A DNA stretch of 64,000 bases, taken from positions 1,184,001-1,248,000 of the forward strand of contig JBKAGP010000001.1 in NCBI GenBank assembly GCA_046290465.1. The letters are read 5' to 3'. Position 1 is the stretch's first letter; each line of letters begins with the position of its first letter. Shown in pieces: positions 19,339 through 26,927 of this stretch. The notes beneath the pieces were generated by a model. It did no database searches and had not been told where the DNA came from. It saw only the letters and a list, made by a program, of their open reading frames with translations. The DNA is from Planctomycetota bacterium. GTDB lineage: Bacteria > Planctomycetota > UBA1135 > UBA2386. The translations under genes were made by a program, and so were the position numbers.

Positions 19339-19659
19339 ATGGACCAGAATCTGACTCTCTACACCTACTGCACAGACGACCACGGCAAGAGGCAGCCTCC
19401 TGGCGACCTAGCTACGGCCTTCGGCGAATGGGAAAAGCACATGACCGAGATCCCTGACGTCGACACCTGGCAGCTGCGCAACAAGGAGATCTGGAAGCTG
19501 ATCAACACGTTCACTACTTCCAATGCAACGATGGACAAGACGAAGTACGAGGAGTCGCGCCAAAGCGGCGACACGTGGGTCTACGGCAAGGACGGCGTCT
19601 ACGTGGAGTTCAAGAAGGGCGACACCGTCCGCTACTTCGGCGCACAAACAGCCGTCTGA
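19339..19659 (+). CDS. Hypothetical protein (106 aa)
   Basis: Protein-like composition; 15 bp after the previous stop; lower GC (30/60 G+C at 19501-19560). Confidence 0.65.
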   Translation: MDQNLTLYTYCTDDHGKRQPPGDLATAFGEWEKHMTEIPDVDTWQLRNKEIWKLINTFTTSNATMDKTKYEESRQSGDTWVYGKDGVYVEFKKGDTVRYFGAQTAV

Positions 19660-20250
19660 TCACCTAACCCACCGCTGCTCCTGCAGCAGCACCTCCTTCC
19701 CGGCCATCCCCTCCCAGATCCGCACCAGCACTTCGCCGCGCTCTCGCACGTCGAACTGCAACCGGAATGGCCGCCCGTTCGGCGTGAACGCGTCCACCAT
19801 GCTCCCCCGCATGGTGATCACGTTCACGTCGTCCCCGGGCTCCCCGCGGCACTCGACCCCCCAGGTCGAACCGGTGTCCCGCCACGACGCCGTGTACAAC
19901 CCCTTCAACGTGTCGAACCCGACGATCTGCAGCGCCTGCAGTTCGTTGCCCTGCAGGTCGAGTTCGAAGTTGAGCGCCACGTAGCGGCCGCCGAGCATGC
20001 CGACGCCGGCCACCTTGCCGGTGTCCTCGTGCACCTTGCCGTCGGGCGCCGTGGTCTTGACCGTGACGTTCCACTTGCCGCCGAGGCGCCGCAGCACGTC
20101 GTGCTGCGCGACGGTCTTGGACAGCTCGCGGGCGCGGCGCAGCGACTCGGCGTCGGGTTGGCGCACGTTGGGCTTGGGGTCCTGCACGACGACGGCGCCG
20201 AGGCAGACCAGCGCGATGGCGAGAACGAGCGACCAGCTGCGGAACGTCAT
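19660..20250 (-). CDS. DUF1579-family exported protein
   Basis: Signal/TM N-terminus; LGGKW, MLGGRYV and VGFDTLKGLYTASWRD pattern typical of DUF1579. Confidence 0.7.
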   Translation of the reverse strand: MTFRSWSLVLAIALVCLGAVVVQDPKPNVRQPDAESLRRARELSKTVAQHDVLRRLGGKWNVTVKTTAPDGKVHEDTGKVAGVGMLGGRYVALNFELDLQGNELQALQIVGFDTLKGLYTASWRDTGSTWGVECRGEPGDDVNVITMRGSMVDAFTPNGRPFRLQFDVRERGEVLVRIWEGMAGKEVLLQEQRWVR

Positions 20251-20304
20251 GGCCACCAGCGTGGCATTGCCTGGCGCCGGGGTCCAGCGGAGGATGGCCG
20301 CCAG

Positions 20305-21198
20305 ATGTCGCAGCTCGTCGCGCCCGCCCGCTCCGCCTCGATGACCAACGCCCTGCTGGTCGCCGTTCTGTGCCTGGTCTGGAGCAGCACCTGGTGGGCG
20401 ATCCGGATCTGCCTCGAGGAGCAGCCGCCGATCTCGTCGTGCGCCGTGCGGTTCTCGATCGCGGGCGTCGCGATGGCGCTGGTGGCGCCGCGGCTGCGCG
20501 CGCGCGAACAGGCCCCGTCACCGCCGGCCTGGCTGTGGATCGTCAGCGGGCTGACCACCTTCGGCACCGGCTACGGCGTGCTCTACATCGCGGAGACGGT
20601 CGTGCCGTCGGGCATCGCCGCGGTGCTGTGGGCGATCTTTCCGCTGCTGATGGCCGCCAGCGCGACCTGCTTCCTCGGCGAACGGCTGCGGCTGGCGCAG
20701 TGGCTCGGCTTCGCGGTGTCGTTCGCCGGCATCGTGGTCGTGTTCTCCGGCGACCTCGGCGGCGTCGACGACGAGCACGTCGGCTACGCGTGGCTGCTGC
20801 TGCTGAGTCCGCTGATCGCGACCTTCAGCACGACGCTGATCAAGAAGCACGGCAGCCGCACCAGCTCGGTCGTCCTCAACCGCAACGCCATGCTGGTCGG
20901 CGCGGCGCTGCTGACCGCATGGGCGTTCGTGCGGGAAGATCCCCTGAGCATGACGTGGTCGTGGCGCGCTACCATGGCCACGCTCTACCTGGCGGTGCTG
21001 GGCACGACGATGACCTTTGGCATCTACTTCTGGCTGCTGCGCACCGCCCCCGCCTCGATGCTCGCCCTGATCAACTATGTGACCCCGGTGCTGGCGATGG
21101 TGCTCGCCGCGCTGGTCGGCGACGGCCAGCACGGCCCGCTGGCGTGGACCGGGGCCGGACTGGTGGTGATCGGCATCGCGCTGGTGGTGCGCCGATGA
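20305..21198 (+). CDS. EamA/DMT family transporter
   Basis: LVWSSTWWAIR, VPSGIAAVL, FLGERL, YLAVLGT and NYVTPVLA; ~10 TM helices. Start may be 20341. Confidence 0.9.
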   Translation: MSQLVAPARSASMTNALLVAVLCLVWSSTWWAIRICLEEQPPISSCAVRFSIAGVAMALVAPRLRAREQAPSPPAWLWIVSGLTTFGTGYGVLYIAETVVPSGIAAVLWAIFPLLMAASATCFLGERLRLAQWLGFAVSFAGIVVVFSGDLGGVDDEHVGYAWLLLLSPLIATFSTTLIKKHGSRTSSVVLNRNAMLVGAALLTAWAFVREDPLSMTWSWRATMATLYLAVLGTTMTFGIYFWLLRTAPASMLALINYVTPVLAMVLAALVGDGQHGPLAWTGAGLVVIGIALVVRR

Positions 21199-21725
21199 GC
21201 CGCCGCCGCCGCTCCTCGCCGCTGCTCGCCCTCCGCAGGATCCCGTGGCGGCGCATCCCGCTGCGGCCGCACACGAGGCGCGGTGCCGGCGCGCTCGCGG
21301 TCGTGCTGCTGGCCGCGCTGTGGTGGGCGTCGACCGGCGATGCGCACGCCGGCGCCGAGACCTGGTCGCGCCGCCAGTTGCTCGACGCGATCCGCTGGGT
21401 CGAGTCGCGCGACGTCGACGACGAGGACGTTCGCGACGGCGACGGCGGCCTCGCGATCGGCCCCTACCAGATCCACTTCGTCTACTGGGCGGACGCGGTC
21501 GGCTTCGACGAGTCGATCGGCGGGGACTACCAGGACTGTCGCCGACGCGGCTACGCCGAGCGGATCCTCGACGCCTACATGCGCCGCTACGCGCCCGAGG
21601 CGTGGCTGGCCGGCGACGCCGAACGGGTCGCGCGCGTGCACAACGGCGGCCCGACCGGTCCGCTGAAGCAGGCGACCGAACGGTACTGGCGCAAGGTCCA
21701 CGCGCGGCTGACGGCGTCGCAGTAG
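21195..21725 (+). CDS. Invertebrate-type (i-type/destabilase-like) lysozyme homologue with N-terminal membrane anchor or signal
   Basis: AIRWVES, GDGGLAIGPYQIHFVYWADA, YQDC, YMRRY, ARVHNGGP and TERYWRKV; ATG overlaps the EamA stop (ATGA). Confidence 0.75.
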   Translation: MSRRRRSSPLLALRRIPWRRIPLRPHTRRGAGALAVVLLAALWWASTGDAHAGAETWSRRQLLDAIRWVESRDVDDEDVRDGDGGLAIGPYQIHFVYWADAVGFDESIGGDYQDCRRRGYAERILDAYMRRYAPEAWLAGDAERVARVHNGGPTGPLKQATERYWRKVHARLTASQ

Positions 21726-21807
21726 CGGCGTCGCCATGGCGGCGTCGCGGCTGATGGCGTCACGATCGCGGCGCCCCCGCCCTCACCGCATACGCCGCCA
21801 GCGTGGC

Positions 21808-22626
21808 TCAGTCGACCGCTCCGACGAACACCTCGTCGACCGAAGGCACGACCCCGGCGTCGCCGACCACCCGGACGTGCGGACCGACCGGCGCCCACAC
21901 CGACGGCGCGGTCGCGACGAACACCGCGGTGGTCGCGACGCCGAGCGCCGCCGCGAGGTGCGTGACGCCGCTGTCGTTGCCGTAGAGGCGGCCGGCCGAC
22001 TCGAGCCGGTGTGCGAGCCGACGCGGCTCCGGTTCGACGACGAACGTCACCTCGCCGGGCCAGGCCCAGGCGTGCGGGTCGTCGCGTTCGCGCTCGACCG
22101 GGCCGACGACCACCTGGACGGTGTGGCCGGCGCGCTGCAGGCGTCCGGCGAGCTGCAGCCATCGTTCGCGCGGCCAGCACTTGTGCGCGCCGCCGCTGCC
22201 GGGCGCGAGTACGCGGGCGCCGATCGCGTCGGCGCGCGGCGGCAGCAGCTGCGCGTCGTCGGGCCAGCGCGGCTCGAGGCCGGCCTGGTGCACGAGCTGC
22301 AGCCCAAACGGCACCCCCGGCTCGACCCGGGAGACGTGCAGCGCACGCTGCACCAGATCGACCTCGTCGCCGACCACCAGGTCGAACGACGCCAACAGGC
22401 CGCGGGCGCGCTCCGGCTGCCACAACCACAGGTCCTCGGCCGACAGCGCGACGTCGGTCGCGCCGTAGGCGCACAGCACGTCGCAGGATTCCCGCGTGCC
22501 TGCGAGGTGCAGGTGGGCGTCCGGGTGCGCGCGCCGCAGCGCGCGCAGCAGCGGCACGGTGAGCAGGGTGTCCCCCAACCCGCCGCGGCGGATCACCAGC
22601 ACACGTTCCGCACAGCGGAGCGTCAC
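21808..22626 (-). CDS. Glycosyltransferase family 9 (heptosyltransferase-like)
   Basis: VLVIRRGGLGDTLL, APGSGGAHKCWP, GNDSGVTHLAAALGV. Confidence 0.9.
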   Translation of the reverse strand: MTLRCAERVLVIRRGGLGDTLLTVPLLRALRRAHPDAHLHLAGTRESCDVLCAYGATDVALSAEDLWLWQPERARGLLASFDLVVGDEVDLVQRALHVSRVEPGVPFGLQLVHQAGLEPRWPDDAQLLPPRADAIGARVLAPGSGGAHKCWPRERWLQLAGRLQRAGHTVQVVVGPVERERDDPHAWAWPGEVTFVVEPEPRRLAHRLESAGRLYGNDSGVTHLAAALGVATTAVFVATAPSVWAPVGPHVRVVGDAGVVPSVDEVFVGAVD

Positions 22627-22705
22627 GGGCGCAGCCCGCTCGGGGACTGCGCCGGTGCCGCGCGCCGCGGAGACGGGCTACGTGCCCACGGCATGCACAC
22701 GCTGG

Positions 22706-23686
22706 CTACCGACCCAGCTGCTTTTGTGCCTCGGCCGCGGCGTAGGTGCCTTCGTACTTGTCGGCGAACTTGCGCAGGCCTGCCATCAGCTTGCGACGCT
22801 GCGCGATCGAGCTCGGGTCGTACTTGGCCTGCAGCTTCTGCAGCGCCTTGCACGCGGCGATCTCCTTCTTGATGTTCGCGTCCTTGCTGAAGCGCTTGAG
22901 CTCGGCTTCGGCATCGTCGGCGGCGGGGAAGCCCTTCCACTCCTTCTTGATGCGATCGAGGGTCTCGCGCGCACGCAGGTAGTCGGGACCGTCGGCGAGC
23001 TTCTTGACGCGCGCGCGCTGCTTCTCGGCCCGCTTCTGCAGCTCCTGCTGCTGGGCCGCGAACACGTCGCGCATCTCCGCGTCGAGCTTCTCCGCCTGCA
23101 GCATCTTGGCCAGGTAGGCCTCGAGCCGGCGGTAGTCGCCCTTCTCCCACATCTTGCGGATGGGGTCGTAGCGCGAGTCCTCGGGCATCTTCGGCGCCAG
23201 CGACACGTTCTCGAGCAGCTGCTCGATGGTCGCCTCGCTCGGCATGCGGTCGTCGGGCACCGAGTGCACGGTGCCGTCGGGCGCGATGCAGTAGACGCTC
23301 GGGTAGAACTTGATGCCGTACTTCTGGGTGTCGGACGCCTTGATCTTGGCCATCGGGTACTTCGCCCCGAGACCGTCGATGAAGGTCTTCTCGATCTTGT
23401 CCTCTTGCTCATCGGACACGCCGATGACCAGCAGCCCCCGCTCCGCGAACTTCTCGTGCAGTTCGTTGAGGTGCGGGACGGCCGCCTTGCAGGGGCCTCA
23501 CCAGGTGGCGCCGAAGTCCAGGATGACGACCTTGCCCTCGAGTTCGTCGAAGGACTCGGGGCCGTCGTTCCAGACCTTGACGAACTCGATCGGCGGCGGC
23601 GTCGAGCCCTTCTGCTGCGCGGCGAGGGTGCCGGCGGAGAGGAGCGCGAGCCCCGCCACGAATGCGCGTGACGTGCTGCGGTTCAT
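22706..23686 (-). CDS. Exported TlpA/redoxin-like selenoprotein candidate (UxxC; Sec63) with C-terminal helical domain
   Basis: ORFs 23498..23953 and 22706..23419 are in one frame, joined through TGA at 23500-23498: GKVVILDFGATW-U-GPCKAAVPHLNELHEKFAERGLLVIGVS; cis-Pro-like FYPS; signal peptide; 326 aa. Confidence 0.88.
23467..23500 (-). promoter_or_regulatory. Candidate bacterial SECIS (TlpA-like gene)
   Basis: UGAGG pairs with CCUCA; apical GCGG/CCGC stem with a G-containing loop. Short and GC-rich, so the support is weak. Confidence 0.4.
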
Positions 23687-23748
23687 GGCGAGCATGCTAG
23701 CAGAGCGGGCCGGCGGCGCTGCATGCAAGCGCGATCGGTACAGGCAAA

Positions 23749-23787
23749 CGACCACCGCCGACGCTGGACGAGCGTCGACGGTGGTCG
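23749..23787 (-). terminator. 17-bp hairpin followed by UUU, downstream of the peroxiredoxin gene
   Basis: CGACCACCGTCGACGCT-cgtcc-AGCGTCGGCGGTGGTCG-ttt on the minus strand (one G-U pair). Confidence 0.55.
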
Positions 23788-23874
23788 CCATGGCAACGGG
23801 CCGGTGCCGATGCCCGCCGGGGCCGATGCACCTGCGGGTGCACCTGGGCGGGCCGGGCCGCGCTCGTGCCGGCG

Positions 23875-24480
23875 CTACTTGTTGTGCGCCTGGTGCACGC
23901 GGCCGACCATCTCCGGTCCGGGGGTCAGCGTGGTGTCGCCGTCGTCCTTCCACTTGGAGGGACAGCCTTCGGCCGGCTTCTTGCCGAGGTAGATGTTCGC
24001 CTTGAACTTGCGCATCGTCTCATCGATGTTGCGGCCGAGGTTCAGGAAGTTGACCTCGCTGTTCATCAGCTTTCCTTCCGGAGAGATCAGGTAGGTTCCG
24101 CGCAGGCAGAAGCCGCCGTTCCAGACACCGAACTGCTTGGCGAGATCACCGTTGCGGTCCGAGCCCATGTGGAACTTGACGGCTTCGAGATCCTTCTCCT
24201 CACGCTGCCAGGCCAGGTGCACGAAGTGCGTGTCGGCGCTGACGGTGACGATCTCACAGCCCATCTTCGCGAAGCGTTCTTGCTGCTCTGCCAGAGCAGC
24301 GAATTCAGTGCTTCAAACGAAGGTGTAGTCGGCCGGGTAGAAGAACAGCATCGTCCACTTGCCGTTCTTCATCGCTTCGCTGAGCTTGTACTCGCCGAAG
24401 CCGAGCTCGGTGGGTTCGTAGGTGGTGAGGGTGAAATCGGGGACCGTATCCCCGACCTGAAGAATGGAGTTCTCGGTCAT
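23875..24480 (-). CDS. ahpC: AhpC/Prx1-type peroxiredoxin, selenocysteine-containing candidate (Sec56)
   Basis: ORFs 24313..24867 and 23875..24264 are in one frame, joined through TGA at 24315-24313: FFYPADYTFV-U-STEFAALAE; VSADTHFVHLAW, RGTYLISPEG, GRNIDE, resolving EGCPSKW; AAGGA RBS; 201 aa. Confidence 0.92.
24277..24303 (-). promoter_or_regulatory. Bacterial SECIS-like hairpin in the peroxiredoxin mRNA
   Basis: 12 nt after UGA: GCUGCUCU-ggc-AGAGCAGC (8-bp perfect stem), extendable by UUC/GAA; built from A/U-ending codons unusual for this genome. Confidence 0.75.
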
Positions 24481-24620
24481 GTTGGTTCCTTGGGACGGAA
24501 GGTAGGGGCCATCGGCCCCCATCTCCAGTCGTATTGGTCGCAGGGATTCGGGATTCCAGACCCGGAAGCAGTGGCCTGGCCACGGGCTTCCGGGCACCAT
24601 GTTCGCCCTCGAATCCGAAC

Positions 24621-26696
24621 GTGAGCACGACCACCCCCGACAACCCTTCTCCACAACCCTCCTCCACCGCCGCGCAGGCGCTGGCCGCTGCCGGTGACGC
24701 CCAGAGCGCCGCCGACGTCGGCGCGCTCGACGACGCCGCCAAGCAGGCGGCGCTGCGCCTCGGCGCCAGCAAGAAGGGCCTCGTCGAACGGCTGATCTAC
24801 GGTCCGTTGCCGGAGACCGACGAACTGCAGAGCGGCGCGGCCGGTGCGGCCCGGGTCGACACCGCACCCGGCGACGAGGTGATCGCCGCGGCCCTCGGGG
24901 CGCTCGAGCGCGGCGAGGCGTTCACCGCCGACGGCAAGCTGTCCACGACGCTGCGCAAGGAGGTCGCCGCGGCCGGCGGCTACGGCTTCACCGTCCCCAA
25001 CGAGTTCGGCGGCAAGGAGTGCGAGTACACCCAGCTCGCGCTGGTCGAGGAGGAGATGGCCGCCAACGGCCTCGGCCCGCTGGCGGTCGAAATCTCGGGC
25101 GAACTGACCATCGGCGCCGGCTCGCTGCTCGCCTACGGCACCGACGAGCAGAAGCGCACGTTCCTGCCGCTGGTCAGCGACGGCGAGCTGATGGCGTTCG
25201 GGCTGACCGAGGTCGGCATCGGCGTCAACGCCAAGAAGGTGCGGGCCTACGTCGAGCCCGATCCGTCGGGAACGGGCTACCGCCTGTTCGCGCAGGGCGA
25301 CCGCAACAAGCTGTGGATCACCAACGCGACCCACGGCGGCCTGGTCGGGATCGTCGCGCGCGTCGGCGAGACCGGCAAGAAGGTCGGCTTGTTCGTGATG
25401 CGCCTGCCCGAGCAGGACGTGCAGCGCGGGGGCGACCGGGACTACGAGTTCTGGTGCCAGTCGTCGAACACCGGTGCGTTCACGGCCAACTACAACTCGC
25501 GGCTCCACTTCGACAACTTCCCGATCCAGGCCGACCAGGAGATCCAGGCCGACGGCGTCGAGGTGTTGTTCTACTGCCTGCGCATGGGCCGCTGCATGCT
25601 GGCGGCGATGGCCGCCGGCTACCAGCGCATGTTCGCGGCCGATGCCGCGGCCTACGCGATCGGCCGGGAAGGTGTCGGCGGCCAGGTCATCAAGCACGAA
25701 CTGCCGCGCCAGCACCTCGGCAAGATGCTCGGCGGTGCGCTGATGTCGCGCGCGCTCAGCCACCTGTCCCTGCGCCAGGACAAGGCGGGAGTCGACCTCG
25801 CCGGCCTGCGCGACCTGACCAAGTCGGCCGCGGCGACCAGCGCGCTCGACTCGCAGATCGCGTGCGAACGAGTGCTCGGCGGCCGGTCGTTCGACCAGAC
25901 GTCGCGGGTGCACGACGCGCGCCACAACATGCACGTGTTCGGCGTGGTCGAGGGCGAGGACGACCTGATCCTGATGGGCATGGTCAAGGACGTCACCGAC
26001 ACGTTCACGACCAGATACATGGCCGGCATGCTCGGCGTGCTGCAGTCGCTCAACGTCGGCGCGGACGGCAAGCCGCTGCCGCGCGACCAGCGCATCCTGC
26101 GGATCACGCCGGCGACGGTGTTCGACAAGCCGGGCAAGGTGCTGACCGCGACCTGGCGCCTGCTGGGCAACGGCTCGTTCTACAAGCTCGCCGGCTGGAT
26201 CGCCGGCAACGCGATCCAGGAGGTCGTGCGGCTGCCGTTCCGGCTGTGGCCGACGGCGTGGTCGCCGCGCCACCAGCTGGTCGCGAGCGAGCTGGCCGGC
26301 TACGCCCGCTTCGCCGAGCGCCGCCTGCGCTGGCTGCGCTGGGCCTACCTCGGCATCAACCTGCACTTCCAGCTCGAGCTGACGCGCGCGCAGATCCCGC
26401 TGCAGCGGCTCGGCAAGGCGATCGAGCTGCTGGTGTCGATGCTCGCCGTCGCGCACCACGCGACCAGCACGCGTGACCCGAGCCAGATCCGGCTGGCGGC
26501 GCTGCAGTGCGAACAGCTCAAGACGCGCGTGCAGGGCCTGCGCCTGCTGACCGGCCTGTTGCAGATGGACCGGCTGCGTCGGCACGTCGCCAACGTCGGC
26601 GACGACGTCGAGAAGGGCCACAGCACGCTGCTGAAGGACGTCGAGCCGCAGGCGTTCGCGCACCCGTTCGAGCCCCAGCAGAAGCGCAGCAAGTGA
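24621..26696 (+). CDS. Acyl-CoA dehydrogenase family protein
   Basis: AYGTDEQKRTFLP, MAFGLTE, KLWITNAT, VLGGRSF and VVEGEDDL; long C-terminal extension; GTG start at 24621. Confidence 0.88.
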   Translation: MSTTTPDNPSPQPSSTAAQALAAAGDAQSAADVGALDDAAKQAALRLGASKKGLVERLIYGPLPETDELQSGAAGAARVDTAPGDEVIAAALGALERGEAFTADGKLSTTLRKEVAAAGGYGFTVPNEFGGKECEYTQLALVEEEMAANGLGPLAVEISGELTIGAGSLLAYGTDEQKRTFLPLVSDGELMAFGLTEVGIGVNAKKVRAYVEPDPSGTGYRLFAQGDRNKLWITNATHGGLVGIVARVGETGKKVGLFVMRLPEQDVQRGGDRDYEFWCQSSNTGAFTANYNSRLHFDNFPIQADQEIQADGVEVLFYCLRMGRCMLAAMAAGYQRMFAADAAAYAIGREGVGGQVIKHELPRQHLGKMLGGALMSRALSHLSLRQDKAGVDLAGLRDLTKSAAATSALDSQIACERVLGGRSFDQTSRVHDARHNMHVFGVVEGEDDLILMGMVKDVTDTFTTRYMAGMLGVLQSLNVGADGKPLPRDQRILRITPATVFDKPGKVLTATWRLLGNGSFYKLAGWIAGNAIQEVVRLPFRLWPTAWSPRHQLVASELAGYARFAERRLRWLRWAYLGINLHFQLELTRAQIPLQRLGKAIELLVSMLAVAHHATSTRDPSQIRLAALQCEQLKTRVQGLRLLTGLLQMDRLRRHVANVGDDVEKGHSTLLKDVEPQAFAHPFEPQQKRSK

Positions 26697-26761
26697 CGCC
26701 GATGCGTTGCAGGTGAAGCCGATGCAGGGCAAGGGCAAGCAGGCCGACGGGAAGCCGGCGG

Positions 26762-26927
26762 CGCGGCAGCAACGCGGCTAGCCGCGCATTGCCCGCTCGT
26801 CGCGGCAGCAACGCGGCTAGCGGGCAAAGCCCCGTCCGAGGCGTACACGCCGCTTCCGCGATCCCGGTTGGCAGCGCGTCCACTACATGGACGCGCTCCT
26901 AGCCGCGCATTGCCCGCTCGTCGCGGC
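26762..26927. repeat. Composite repeat: 21-bp unit at 39-bp period plus a 29-bp direct repeat duplicating the GT gene 3' end
   Basis: CGCGGCAGCAACGCGGCTAGC at 26762 and 26801; CTAGCCGCGCATTGCCCGCTCGTCGCGGC identical at 26778-26806 and 26899-26927. Confidence 0.9.
26818..26899 (+). repeat. ~82-bp dispersed palindromic element, copy 1 (REP/REPIN-like)
   Basis: Matches the reverse complement of 35262-35344 with 4 substitutions and 1 indel; hairpins GGGC-aaa-GCCC and AGCGCGTCCA-ctaca-TGGACGCGCT. Confidence 0.85.

Noticed and set aside
21195..21725. Prophage lysis cassette
   Set aside because: No holin, structural, integrase or other phage genes nearby; composition matches the host
22706..24480. 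Nonsense pseudogenes, or genome-wide TGA reassignment
   Set aside because: Both TGAs sit exactly on the catalytic Cys with intact downstream sequence, and many other genes here end properly at TGA
24500..24620. tRNA-Sec (selC) or another tRNA in this structured intergenic region or at 56020-56130
   Set aside because: No cloverleaf, T-loop GTTCGA/GTTCAA in context, or UCA anticodon arm could be built
26762..26927. Possible mini-CRISPR array (29-bp direct repeats)
   Set aside because: Only two copies 92 bp apart, one is coding sequence, and no cas genes are present
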